A DNA stretch of 64,000 bases from Clostridia bacterium (GTDB lineage Bacteria > Bacillota > Clostridia > RGIG6154): positions 1 through 64,000 of the forward strand of contig JAZNOU010000001.1 in the NCBI GenBank assembly GCA_045589295.1, read 5' to 3'. A program made the position numbers and the translations under genes. The notes under the pieces are model-generated. The model searched no databases, was not told the DNA's origin, and saw only the letters and a list, made by a program, of their open reading frames with translations. Shown here piece by piece: positions 49,973-59,786 of this stretch. The number at the start of each line of letters is the position of its first letter. Position 1 is the stretch's first letter.

Positions 49973-51805
49973 ATGAAACCGGTAATTTACAACGCAAGAT
50001 ATGAAGAATACAAATCCCCTTTCGGTGCAGTAAGCAGCGAAGCGGAGGTTACTTTTAACATAAAAGTAGCAGAAAATGTTACTCATACCAGTGTTTATTT
50101 TATTTACAGAGAAGATACTTCAGATAAATCATATTACATTTTGATGAACAAGACCGACTGTAATTGCGGTTATCAAACTTATTCCTGCAAGACTTCATTT
50201 AATTCACCCGGTCTTTATTTTTACCGTTTTGAGATAAAAAATAATGACATAACATATTTTGTAGGCAAAAAAGACAACAATGCTGCCATCGAAGACTGGC
50301 TTCCGGAATGGCAGCTTACTGTTTTTGATAAAAATTTCAAAACTCCCGACTGGACTAAGGGGGCTTTAATGTATCAGATTTTTCCCGACCGTTTTAATAA
50401 AAGCGAAAGTTTTATTCCTCTTTCAGCCAAAAACGAAAGAAAAATTCATAAAAACTGGGATGAAATTCCCGAGTTTATTTATGATACCCCCGATTACAAA
50501 GCTAATGATTATTTTATGGGAAATATAGACGGAATTATTGAAAAGCTCGATTATATCAAGGATTTAGGAGTCAACATTATTTATTTAAACCCCGTTTTTG
50601 AGAGTCCCGAATATCATAGATACAGTACCGGAAATTACTTTAATATTGACCCTTATTTTGGAACAAATGATGATTTTAGCAGACTTTGTAAAGAAGCAGC
50701 AAAAAAAGGTATAAAGATCATTTTAGATGGAGTTTTCAGCCACACAGGTGCGGACAGCATTTATTTTAATAAGTATAACCATTACGATTCAGTGGGTGCA
50801 GCAAATTCAAAAGACTCTCCGTACTATAACTGGTATTCATTTACAAATTATCCAGACAAGTATGAATGTTGGTGGGGTTTTGAAAACTTACCTAATGTTA
50901 ATGAAAACCACCACGATTACACCGAATATATTACAGGGAAAGACGGAGTTATAAGCTACTGGCATAATATGGGTGCATCAGGTTGGAGACTTGATGTAGC
51001 CGACGAGCTTCCCGACGAATTTATAGAAGCTTTATACAAAAGAGCAAAAGAAACAAACAAAGATAGTTTTATTATAGGTGAAGTGTGGGAAGATGCAACC
51101 AACAAATTTGCTTATGGCGTAAGAAGAAAATACCTGCTTGGCGGACAAATGGACAGCGTTATGAATTATCCTTTCAGAACGGCAATATTAGACTTTGTAA
51201 AAAACAGAAATTCTCGTCTTTTTGAAGACAGAATTTTTGAAATTCTTGAAAATTACCCGCCTCAGGTCACCGCATGCCTTATGAACAGCATTTCCACCCA
51301 CGATACAGAAAGGGCATTAACATTTTTAGGTGTCCAAAACAATGTACAGCCTGAAGATTACGGAAAATATATTCTATCACAAGAAGAATATCAAAGAGGT
51401 AAAAATGGACTGTTGCTTGCAACATTTCTGCAATATACCCTGCCCGGTCTTCCGTCAGTTTATTATGGAGATGAAGCGGGTCAAAACGGATTTAAGGATC
51501 CATACTGCAGAAAAACATATCCTTATGGTAAGGAAGATTTTGAAATTCTTGATTTTTATAAAAGCTTAGGTAAAATAAGAAATGAATTTAAAGAAGACTT
51601 TTGCCTTGGCTTTACCCCTATAGAAAACAGGGACGGATTTTTTAGCTTTAAAAGGGGCAAGCTTATATGCGTTATAAATCTTAGTGAAGAGCCCAGAGAT
51701 GTTAATGTTCCCGGCACGGTTATTTTTGAACACGGAAATATCTCAAAAGATAATGCTAATTTAATTTCAAATCCGAACTCAGCTATGATAATCACTTCCA
51801 AATGA
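49973..51805 (+). CDS. GH13 neopullulanase/amylopullulanase-type alpha-glycosidase
   Basis: YQIFPDRF, DGVFSH, GWRLDVADE, GEVWED, STHD. Confidence 0.9.
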   Translation: MKPVIYNARYEEYKSPFGAVSSEAEVTFNIKVAENVTHTSVYFIYREDTSDKSYYILMNKTDCNCGYQTYSCKTSFNSPGLYFYRFEIKNNDITYFVGKKDNNAAIEDWLPEWQLTVFDKNFKTPDWTKGALMYQIFPDRFNKSESFIPLSAKNERKIHKNWDEIPEFIYDTPDYKANDYFMGNIDGIIEKLDYIKDLGVNIIYLNPVFESPEYHRYSTGNYFNIDPYFGTNDDFSRLCKEAAKKGIKIILDGVFSHTGADSIYFNKYNHYDSVGAANSKDSPYYNWYSFTNYPDKYECWWGFENLPNVNENHHDYTEYITGKDGVISYWHNMGASGWRLDVADELPDEFIEALYKRAKETNKDSFIIGEVWEDATNKFAYGVRRKYLLGGQMDSVMNYPFRTAILDFVKNRNSRLFEDRIFEILENYPPQVTACLMNSISTHDTERALTFLGVQNNVQPEDYGKYILSQEEYQRGKNGLLLATFLQYTLPGLPSVYYGDEAGQNGFKDPYCRKTYPYGKEDFEILDFYKSLGKIRNEFKEDFCLGFTPIENRDGFFSFKRGKLICVINLSEEPRDVNVPGTVIFEHGNISKDNANLISNPNSAMIITSK

Positions 51806-51831
51806 AAAGTTACCCAAAATATTACTTTACT

Positions 51832-51868
51832 TAAAAGTCTCATAATTCAGTGAATTATGAGACTTTTA
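51832..51868. terminator. Terminator after GH13 gene
   Basis: 18-bp perfect inverted repeat TAAAAGTCTCATAATTCA-g-TGAATTATGAGACTTTTA. Confidence 0.8.
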
Positions 51869-51914
51869 TACTATTAAATTTATTTTTCAGATTATTTAAA
51901 AATCATTTTTTGTA

Positions 51915-51940
51915 ACCAAATACCTTTTGTATCATATCAT
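51915..51940 (+). promoter_or_regulatory. SigK-like sporulation promoter
   Basis: AC (51915-16)-16 bp-CATATCAT (51933-40). Confidence 0.45.
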
Positions 51941-51963
51941 AGTATTGAAAAGGAGGGAGTTTA

Positions 51964-52077
51964 ATGTCATTATTCAGCGGATTTGACCAGGATACAATCT
52001 TGTGGTTTATCATTCTTTTCTTATTGCTTTTCTGGTGCGGAAAGGGATGTGACGACAACTGCTCACGCGGTTGCTAA
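51964..52077 (+). CDS. 37-aa Cys-rich single-TM peptide (not in ORF track)
   Basis: AGGAGG RBS; MSLFSGFDQDTILWFIILFLLLFWCGKGCDDNCSRGC. Confidence 0.8.
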   Translation: MSLFSGFDQDTILWFIILFLLLFWCGKGCDDNCSRGC

Positions 52078-52097
52078 TTAAATTTTGGAGGTAAAAT

Positions 52098-52238
52098 ATG
52101 TCAGATTTATCATGTTGCAATGGTTACAATAACAACGGAGTAGACTCATGGGTTTGGATTATAATTGCTATAATCATTCTCATCTGGCTTTGCGGAGGCA
52201 ATAACAACGGAAACATATTTGGAAGCGGCTGTTGCTAA
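52098..52238 (+). CDS. 46-aa Cys/Gly/Asn-rich single-TM peptide (not in ORF track)
   Basis: GGAGG RBS; MSDLSCCNGYNNNGVDSWVWIIIAIIILIWLCGGNNNGNIFGSGCC. Confidence 0.82.
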   Translation: MSDLSCCNGYNNNGVDSWVWIIIAIIILIWLCGGNNNGNIFGSGCC

Positions 52239-52252
52239 TAACATCTTTTTCC

Positions 52253-52279
52253 ACGGGGCATGCTTTTGCCCCGTTTTTT
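52253..52279 (+). terminator. Terminator of small-peptide operon
   Basis: ACGGGGCA/TGCCCCGT plus U-tract. Confidence 0.85.
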
Positions 52280-52430
52280 GTTGTTGGTTTTGTATGTTTT
52301 TTAACATTTTTTTGTGCAAAATGACGAAAAAAATATAAAAAATATAAAAGGAAACAAATATACCCATATAGAAAAGACAACGTATATTGCACTGTGGGTG
52401 CTTTATAAAAAGATAAAGGAGATGATTTTT

Positions 52431-54506
52431 TTGAAAGCGTACGAAAAACAAGACATTAGAAACGTATGCGTCTTAGGACATGGAGGTGTGGGTAAGACTT
52501 CTTTAACAGAGGCTATGCTCTTTTTAGGACAGGGCAGTGACCGTTTAGGTAAAATAGTTGACGGAAATACTTCGTCTGACTACGACGTTGAAGAAGTCAA
52601 GAGAAAAATTTCTATTTATACAACAGTTCAGCCACTCGAATGGAAAAACAAAAAAATCAATATTTTAGATACTCCGGGCTTCTTCGATTTTGAAGGAGAA
52701 GTTTTACAAGCAGCAAGAGTATCAGATGCTGCAATTATCGTTGCTACTGCAAAAACAGGTGTTCAGGTAGGAACAGAACTTGCGTGGAAAATCGCAAATA
52801 AGAGAGATATTCCTAAGATTATATTTGTCAGCAAAATGGAAGAAGAATATGCTGACTATAATAAAGTTTTAGACGGACTTAAAAATTCTTTTGGAAAAAC
52901 CATAGCACCATTTTATGTTCCTATGTATGATGGAGATAAATTCTGTGGCTATGTTAACGTTATAAAAATGGAAGCAAGAAGATTTGAAGGAGACAAGATT
53001 GTTGATATTCCTGTTCCTGAAGAGCTTCTCCCAACAGTTGCTCCTGCAAGAGAAATGATTATTGAAGCTGTTGCAGAAACAAGTGAAGAACTTATGGAAA
53101 AATTCTTCAATGGCGAAGAATTTACAAACGAAGAAATTCAAAAAGCTATTAAACAGGGTATGAAAGAAAACACAATTACCCCTGTACTTTGCGGTTCTGC
53201 ATTTACTGCAGCAAGTATCAGAAAACTTTTAGATGCTATTATTGAATATTTCCCTTCACCTGATGAAGCTGAAGTTGAATATGCGGCAAAAGTTGACACA
53301 AGAGATGCCCTTGAAATTACCTGTGATGAAACTGCACCACTTTCTGCTATTGTATTTAAAACAATAGCTGACCCATTTGTTGGTAAACTTTCATTTGTTA
53401 AGGTTTGCTCTGGCGTGTTAAAAGCTGACTCAACTGTATTTAACCCTGACAGACAAATTGCTGAAAAAGTTGGTAAGATTTATTATATGCGCGGTAAAAA
53501 ACAGATTGAAACAGATGCAATTACCGCAGGTGATATCGGTGCAATTCCAAAACTCACTCAGACAAAAACAGGTGATACTTTATGTTCACAGTCATATCAG
53601 GTTCTTTTAGATAAAATTGACTTCCCTGTTCCTCAGCTTACTTTGGCAATCCTTCCTAAAGAAAAAGGCGATGAAGAAAAAATCAGTCAGGGTCTTGCAA
53701 AAATAAGAGAAGAAGATATGACATTAAGAGTCGTTACAAACAAAGAAACAAAGCAGACCTTAATCAGTGGTATGGGTGATTCTCACTTAGACATTATTGT
53801 TAACAAGCTTAAAGACAAATTCAAGGTTTCAGTTACTTTGGAAGAACCTAAAGTTGCATATCGTGAAGCAATCAGAAAACGTGTTGAAGTTGAAGGTAAA
53901 CACAAAAAGCAATCAGGCGGACACGGTCAGTATGGTCACGTTAAAATTGCATTTGAACCTTGTGAAAGTTCAGAACTTGTATTCGAAGAAAAAATCTTTG
54001 GCGGTAGCGTTCCTAAGAACTACTTCCCTGCAGTTGAAAAAGGTCTTTTAGAATCATGTGCACATGGTGTTATCGCAGGTTGCCCTGTTGTAAACTTAAA
54101 GGCAACACTTTTAGATGGCTCATACCATCCAGTAGACTCGTCTGAAATGGCATTTAAGATGGCCGCAAATCTTGCATTCAAAACCGGTATTGCTCAGGCA
54201 AACCCTGTTTTATTAGAACCTGTGAACAAAATCGAAGTTTATATTCCATCTTCATATATGGGCGATGTTATCGGCGATATCAACAAACGCCGAGGCAGAG
54301 TGCTTGGTATGAATCCTCAGGGTGACGGAAGTGAACAGATAATTGCAGAAGTTCCTGCAGCAGAACTTGCAAAATATGCTATTGACCTTCGTTCAATGAC
54401 TCAGGCAAGAGGCAGATTTACTCAGGAATTTGTTCGCTATGAAGAAGCTCCACCGAATGTTACACAAAAGGTAACAGAAGAATATAAAAAGGCTCATCAG
54501 GAATAA
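52431..54506 (+). CDS. Elongation factor G-like protein (EF-G paralogue)
   Basis: GHGGVGKT, DTPG, KKQSGGHGQYG, GSYHPVDSSEMAF; not in str operon; TTG start. Confidence 0.9.
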   Translation: MKAYEKQDIRNVCVLGHGGVGKTSLTEAMLFLGQGSDRLGKIVDGNTSSDYDVEEVKRKISIYTTVQPLEWKNKKINILDTPGFFDFEGEVLQAARVSDAAIIVATAKTGVQVGTELAWKIANKRDIPKIIFVSKMEEEYADYNKVLDGLKNSFGKTIAPFYVPMYDGDKFCGYVNVIKMEARRFEGDKIVDIPVPEELLPTVAPAREMIIEAVAETSEELMEKFFNGEEFTNEEIQKAIKQGMKENTITPVLCGSAFTAASIRKLLDAIIEYFPSPDEAEVEYAAKVDTRDALEITCDETAPLSAIVFKTIADPFVGKLSFVKVCSGVLKADSTVFNPDRQIAEKVGKIYYMRGKKQIETDAITAGDIGAIPKLTQTKTGDTLCSQSYQVLLDKIDFPVPQLTLAILPKEKGDEEKISQGLAKIREEDMTLRVVTNKETKQTLISGMGDSHLDIIVNKLKDKFKVSVTLEEPKVAYREAIRKRVEVEGKHKKQSGGHGQYGHVKIAFEPCESSELVFEEKIFGGSVPKNYFPAVEKGLLESCAHGVIAGCPVVNLKATLLDGSYHPVDSSEMAFKMAANLAFKTGIAQANPVLLEPVNKIEVYIPSSYMGDVIGDINKRRGRVLGMNPQGDGSEQIIAEVPAAELAKYAIDLRSMTQARGRFTQEFVRYEEAPPNVTQKVTEEYKKAHQE

Positions 54507-55342
54507 TACATAATAAAAAAAGCTGAAACTTTTGCTTCAGCTTTTTTTATTGCATCTAAATTCTTAAAACTATATCCCATTTCTTTCCATTTGGTTAAAA
54601 GTTCATCCATAATTTCTGCGTTGGTTTTTGAGGTTGAGTGTAATAGAACTATCGCCCCTGGATGAATTCTTGTCAATAGCTTTGAAAAAGCCTCTTCTTT
54701 GGTTGGTTGCTTATTTTCGTACCAATCTACATATGCTAAAGACCAAAAAAATGTTTGATATCCCATAGAATTTGCGAGTTTTAAATTTTCTTCACTGAAC
54801 TTTCCTTGGGGTGGACGGTAAACTTTAAGCATTTCTTTGCCCGTTACTTCCTTATAATCATTTTCCAAAGCTGCAATTTCTTTTGAAAAATCTTCTGCTG
54901 AAGATATTTTTGACATATCGGGATGCGTCTTTGTGTGATTGCCTACAATGTGCCCTTCTGAGACCATCCTTTTAACAAGGTCTGGATTTTTCTCAATAAA
55001 ATTCCCTACTAAAAAGAAGGTTGACTTTACATTATGCTTTTTCAGTGCATCTAAAATCGGTGCGGTATTTCCGTTATCATATCCAGCATCAAATGTTAAG
55101 TATATTACCTTTTCATCTGTTGGCACATGGTAATAAGCATTATATTCTTTAAGAAAATCCGCATCTGCATTTCCTTGAGGTGTCTTTCCGTTCTCGTGAT
55201 AAGAAAGTCCCCAGTCATTTTTTGACGTTGATAAAATGCTCGGGTTTACGTCAGAATTAAATGCTGTAAAACAACAAACAAGTGCAAATGTAAGCATAAA
55301 TGCGGTGATTTTTAATTGTTTCTTTGTAAATAACAGTATCAT
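54497..55342 (-). CDS. Polysaccharide deacetylase, PdaA-like
   Basis: YLTFDAGY, GNHTKTHPDM, RPPQG, WSLAYVDW, IHPGAIVLLH. Confidence 0.88.
   Translation of the reverse strand: MILLFTKKQLKITAFMLTFALVCCFTAFNSDVNPSILSTSKNDWGLSYHENGKTPQGNADADFLKEYNAYYHVPTDEKVIYLTFDAGYDNGNTAPILDALKKHNVKSTFFLVGNFIEKNPDLVKRMVSEGHIVGNHTKTHPDMSKISSAEDFSKEIAALENDYKEVTGKEMLKVYRPPQGKFSEENLKLANSMGYQTFFWSLAYVDWYENKQPTKEEAFSKLLTRIHPGAIVLLHSTSKTNAEIMDELLTKWKEMGYSFKNLDAIKKAEAKVSAFFIMYYS
54513..54550. terminator. Bidirectional terminator between EF-G-like and deacetylase genes
   Basis: ATAAAAAAAGCTGAA/TTCAGCTTTTTTTAT. Confidence 0.75.
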
Positions 55343-55442
55343 TTTTCCACCTCATAACAATTATATAAAATACTATGCCATGATTGAAAAAATTATGATA
55401 ATATGATATACTTAAACAAACTACAAAAAAAGGAAGATAGCT

Positions 55443-56027
55443 ATGGCTAAGAGAAATGATAAAAATACAAAAGGCAAAATAATAAATGCTGCATGGGACT
55501 TATTTTATGAACAGGGATATGAATATACTACTGTTGAGGAAATAATTGAAAAGTCCGGAACATCAAAAGGTTCTTTTTATCACTACTTTGAAGGAAAAGA
55601 TGCCCTACTCGGCTCACTTTCATATATTTTTGATGAAGAATATGAAAAACTTTCAAAAAGCATGCCCGAAAATATGTCCTCATTCAATATGCTTTTGTAT
55701 TTAAATTCAGAATTATTTGCCACTATTGAAGACAGAATTGATATTGACCTCCTAACCAGACTCTATTCAACACAACTTATCACCAAAGGTGAAAAACACC
55801 TTTTGGATAACAAGCGTCTTTACTACAAGCTTTTACGCAAAATTGTCTTAGACGGTCAAAAATCAGGCGAACTTACAAACGAAATGACAGTAAACGAAAT
55901 TGTAAAGCTTTATGCAATGTGCGAACGCGCACTGATTTACGACTGGTGCCTGTGTGGCGGTGAATACTCATTATGCAGTTACGCAAAAAAGGTAATGCCT
56001 ATGTTTATGGCTAAAATTCGTACTTAA
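55443..56027 (+). CDS. TetR/AcrR family regulator
   Basis: LFYEQGYEYTTVEEI...SKGSFYHYF..KDAL. Confidence 0.93.
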   Translation: MAKRNDKNTKGKIINAAWDLFYEQGYEYTTVEEIIEKSGTSKGSFYHYFEGKDALLGSLSYIFDEEYEKLSKSMPENMSSFNMLLYLNSELFATIEDRIDIDLLTRLYSTQLITKGEKHLLDNKRLYYKLLRKIVLDGQKSGELTNEMTVNEIVKLYAMCERALIYDWCLCGGEYSLCSYAKKVMPMFMAKIRT

Positions 56028-56075
56028 AAACGTCTTTATAGTTTTTCCTTATGTAAGGCTATCTGAAATATTTAT

Positions 56076-56147
56076 ATAGAGAATTAAGTACAGACTATAG
56101 TCTGTACTTAATTCTCTATTGATTTTTGTTAAATTGTGTGCTAAAAT
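56076..56147 (+). promoter_or_regulatory. 44-bp perfect palindrome abutting the putP sigma-A promoter
   Basis: Palindrome 56076-56119; TTGATT (56119-24)-17-TAAAAT (56142-47) with TG. Confidence 0.75.
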
Positions 56148-56189
56148 GTTAAAAGTGCAAAACATATTACTTAAAAAGGAGATTAAATT

Positions 56190-57722
56190 ATGGATATTTT
56201 AGCTTTTGCATTATACTTTGTGGCAATGATTGTCATAGGTATATACTTTTTCTTTAAATCAAAGGTTGCTACCGACAAAGATTACTTCCTTGGTGGTCGC
56301 GCAATGGGCCCATGGGTTACCGCAATGAGTGCTCAAGCATCTGATATGAGTGCGTGGCTCTTAATGGGCTTACCGGGAAGCATTTTGGCTTTTGGTTTCG
56401 GTCAGGCTTGGATTGGTATTGGTCTTGCAATCGGTACTGCTGCTAACTGGATTTTGGTTGCAAAAAGACTGCGTAAGTTTTCAAAAGCTTCCGGAGATGC
56501 TATAACACTTCCCCAGTATCTTTCAAACAGATTTTTATCAAAGAGCCACACATTAAGTATCATCTGTGCAATCGTATTTTTGGTATGCTTTACAATTTAT
56601 GTTGCATCTGCTTTCGTTGCAGGATCTGACGTATTCACAACTTTAGTTCCCACCCTTAATCCTTCAACTGCTATGATTATCTTTGCTGCCATCGTTGTTG
56701 TTTACACATTTTTAGGTGGTTTTAATGCAGTTTGCTGGACCGACTTCTTCCAGGGCCTTTTAATGCTTGGTGCACTTTTAATTGTCCCTGTCGTTATTGG
56801 TTTCACAAGGACTCTTGAGCCAGCTGCTCTTACTACTACATACTTAGGCCCAAACGGCGAAGAATTTAAGTTTGTTGCAAATTTCTTCAATGCAAGCTGG
56901 CAAGATGTTTTATCAGGTCTTGGTTGGGGATTAGGCTACTTTGGTATGCCTCATATCATTGTAAGATTTATGGCTATTGAAAAGCCTTCTATGGTTAAAA
57001 AAAGTGCAACTGTTGCAATAATCTGGGTTATTCTTTCACTTGGTGCAGCAATTGTTATTGCTTACCTCGGCAGAATGTTTGTTTATTCAAACGGAACAGA
57101 CCTTTCAGAAGTATTACTTGCTCAGGGTAAGCAGTCGCTTATCTTTGTAGAGCTGGCGCGTGACGTTTTCCCTGCTTTCATTGCAGGACTTCTCCTTGCC
57201 GCAATTATTGCTGCGTCAATGTCAACTGCTGACTCTCAACTTCTGGTTGCAGCATCTTCATTTGCAAGTGACCTTTACAAGCCGATTATCAGAAAAAATG
57301 CTTCAAACAAAGAAATGCTTTGGGTTAGTCGTATTATAGTTTTTGTTATTGCTGTTGTTGCTTACTTTATAGCAAGTAGCGAAGGCGAAGCTGCTCAGGC
57401 TATTATGAATCTGGTTTCAAATGCTTGGGGTATTTTTGGTGCAGCTTTTGGTCCTGCAGTTCTTTTATCACTTTTCTGGAAGAGATTTACATACAAAGGT
57501 GCAGTTGCAGGTATCGTTGTAGGAGCTGTTGTTGATATGGCATGGCTCTGGCTCCCAATTGCAGGAAGCACACTTACAGCAATTACAGGTGTTTATGAAA
57601 TTATTCCAGGTTTCATCATTGGCGGTATTGCAGCAATAGTTGTTACTTTGATTGACAAAGCTCCTTCACAGGAAGTTTTAGCTATCTTTGCAAAGGCAAC
57701 CGACAATTCAATTGATGACTAA
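56190..57722 (+). CDS. putP: Sodium/proline symporter (SSS family)
   Basis: YFLGGR.MGPWVTAMSAQASDMSAWLLMGLPG, GYFGMPHI, MSTADSQLL. Confidence 0.9.
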   Translation: MDILAFALYFVAMIVIGIYFFFKSKVATDKDYFLGGRAMGPWVTAMSAQASDMSAWLLMGLPGSILAFGFGQAWIGIGLAIGTAANWILVAKRLRKFSKASGDAITLPQYLSNRFLSKSHTLSIICAIVFLVCFTIYVASAFVAGSDVFTTLVPTLNPSTAMIIFAAIVVVYTFLGGFNAVCWTDFFQGLLMLGALLIVPVVIGFTRTLEPAALTTTYLGPNGEEFKFVANFFNASWQDVLSGLGWGLGYFGMPHIIVRFMAIEKPSMVKKSATVAIIWVILSLGAAIVIAYLGRMFVYSNGTDLSEVLLAQGKQSLIFVELARDVFPAFIAGLLLAAIIAASMSTADSQLLVAASSFASDLYKPIIRKNASNKEMLWVSRIIVFVIAVVAYFIASSEGEAAQAIMNLVSNAWGIFGAAFGPAVLLSLFWKRFTYKGAVAGIVVGAVVDMAWLWLPIAGSTLTAITGVYEIIPGFIIGGIAAIVVTLIDKAPSQEVLAIFAKATDNSIDD

Positions 57723-57734
57723 AAATTATTATTT

Positions 57735-57768
57735 AAGAGAAATGGCAAATCGCCATTTCTCTTTTTTT
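57735..57768 (+). terminator. putP terminator
   Basis: AAGAGAAATGGC/GCCATTTCTCTT plus U-tract. Confidence 0.88.
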
Positions 57769-57830
57769 GTTGATTTTTATTATGCTTTTTGCTATAATTA
57801 ATTAAATTGATATTTTAAGCGAGGCATTAG

Positions 57831-59723
57831 ATGATACTTTTAAACACTTCTAAAATTTCAAAATCATACGGTGAAACTGTTATCCTTTCCGACATTTCTT
57901 TCGGTGTCACAGACAACGACAAAATCGGAATTTTAGGCGTTAACGGTGCGGGAAAGTCTACCCTTTTTAAAATTTTGACCGAAGAAATTTCACCAGACAG
58001 CGGTGAAATTTACAAAGCAAAACAACTTAAAATTGCTTGCATGGAGCAGCATATGGAAGCCTTTTCCGAAAACACTGCCTACGACGAAGTTTTAGATGTA
58101 TTTTCCGAACTAATTAACCTTGAAAAAGAGATTTCTTCCCTTCAAAAAGAGCTTGAAACAAACCACGATGAAAATATTATCAACAGGTTCCACACTTTAA
58201 ATCAAAAGTTTATTGATTGTGGCGGTCTTACCTATAAATCGATGGTAAACTCAACTCTTTCCGGTCTTGGTATCACCGACGAGCAAAAACATATGCCGCT
58301 TTCAAAATTAAGTGGTGGTCAAAGAACCCGTGTTATGCTTGCTAAAATTCTTTTACAGGATGCCGATATTCTGCTTTTGGACGAACCTACCAACCATTTG
58401 GATATTGATGCAGTTACCTGGCTTGAAGATTTTTTAAATTCTTACAAAGGTTCAATAATGGTTGTAACCCATGACAGATATTTTTTAGACAAAGTTACAA
58501 ACAAAATTTTTGAAATTGAAAACCACAAATTAAAAGAATACAATGGAAATTACAGCTATTACCTTACTAAAAAGCAAGCAGATCAAGAAGCCTTAGAAAA
58601 AGACTATGAATTAAAGTCAAAAGAAATCAAACGCTTAGAGGGTATAATCAAGCAACAAAAGCAATGGAACAGAGAAAAAAACATCAAAACCGCCGAAAGC
58701 AAGCAAAAGGTTATTGACAGGATAGAAAAAACAATGGTTGCACCTGAAAAAACTTTAGACTCCGTTTCTTTCAGACTTCCTCAACCTGATGAATGTGCAA
58801 AAGATGTTCTTTGTTGCACAAATCTTTCAAAATCATTTGACAAGCCTGTTTTTTCCGATATAAATTTGGATATCAAAAACGGTGAAAAAGTATTTTTAAT
58901 GGGTGCAAATGGCACAGGTAAAACTACACTTTTTAAAATCATCTTAGGGCTTATGCGTGCTGACAACGGCAAAGCAATTTTAGGTTCAAGAGTGAGGCCT
59001 GCATACTATGACCAGATGCAATCTGACTTAAACCCAAGCAAGACAATATTTGATGATGTTCACGATTTTCTTCCAAAGCTCGACAACACTACAATCCGTA
59101 GTGCACTTGCACTCTTTTTGTTCAAAGGCGAAGATGTATTCAAAGAAATTTCAACATTAAGTGGTGGCGAAAAAGCCAGAGTATCTTTAGTTAAACTAAT
59201 GCTCTCAAAGGCAAACTTTTTGCTTTTGGACGAGCCAACAAACCATTTGGACATTGCCTCAAAAGAGGCTTTAGAAAACGCGCTAAAAGATTATAGCGGA
59301 ACACTGTTAATAATTTCTCACGACAGATATTTTATTAACAAACTTGCCGACAAAATATACGAACTAACCCCAAACGGAGAAAAGCTTTATGATGGTGGAT
59401 ATGATTACTATATCCAAAAGCGTCAAACCTTTACTCCATCCCCCCAAGCAGAAAAACCAAAGCAAAACGATTACAAGCTTGCAAAAGAGCTGGAGTCTCA
59501 AAAAAGAAAGTTAAAAACCAAAGTTGCCCGTTTGGAAGAAGCAATTTCTACACTTGAAAATGAAATTGAAGCTTTAAATAACGAACTGTTAAGCCCAGAC
59601 CTTGCAAGCGACTATCAGGCTTTGACTGAAAAAACAGATTTGTTAAACCAAAAGCAGTCAGAGTTGGAAGAAAAAATAACCGAGTGGGAAATTTCATTAG
59701 AAAACCTTGAAGAATTTGAATAA
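57831..59723 (+). CDS. ABC-F family ATPase
   Basis: Two NBDs (GVNGAGKS, GANGTGKT), LSGGQ/LSGGE, DEPTNHLD twice, C-terminal coiled coil, no TM. Confidence 0.93.
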   Translation: MILLNTSKISKSYGETVILSDISFGVTDNDKIGILGVNGAGKSTLFKILTEEISPDSGEIYKAKQLKIACMEQHMEAFSENTAYDEVLDVFSELINLEKEISSLQKELETNHDENIINRFHTLNQKFIDCGGLTYKSMVNSTLSGLGITDEQKHMPLSKLSGGQRTRVMLAKILLQDADILLLDEPTNHLDIDAVTWLEDFLNSYKGSIMVVTHDRYFLDKVTNKIFEIENHKLKEYNGNYSYYLTKKQADQEALEKDYELKSKEIKRLEGIIKQQKQWNREKNIKTAESKQKVIDRIEKTMVAPEKTLDSVSFRLPQPDECAKDVLCCTNLSKSFDKPVFSDINLDIKNGEKVFLMGANGTGKTTLFKIILGLMRADNGKAILGSRVRPAYYDQMQSDLNPSKTIFDDVHDFLPKLDNTTIRSALALFLFKGEDVFKEISTLSGGEKARVSLVKLMLSKANFLLLDEPTNHLDIASKEALENALKDYSGTLLIISHDRYFINKLADKIYELTPNGEKLYDGGYDYYIQKRQTFTPSPQAEKPKQNDYKLAKELESQKRKLKTKVARLEEAISTLENEIEALNNELLSPDLASDYQALTEKTDLLNQKQSELEEKITEWEISLENLEEFE

Positions 59724-59786
59724 AAGTATTGCACAAACTATACATTTATGGTAAAATTAACATATAAAAGCAATAGAGGTGTTAAA

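Noticed and set aside
52146-52451. Minus-strand ORFs 52146-52451 and 52180-52392
   Set aside because: Low-complexity shadows of the plus-strand peptide operon, its terminator and the EF-G-like promoter region.
57831-59723. ABC-F as an antibiotic-resistance (ARE) protein
   Set aside because: Core-genome context, no attenuator leader seen; subfamily cannot be assigned without an HMM search.
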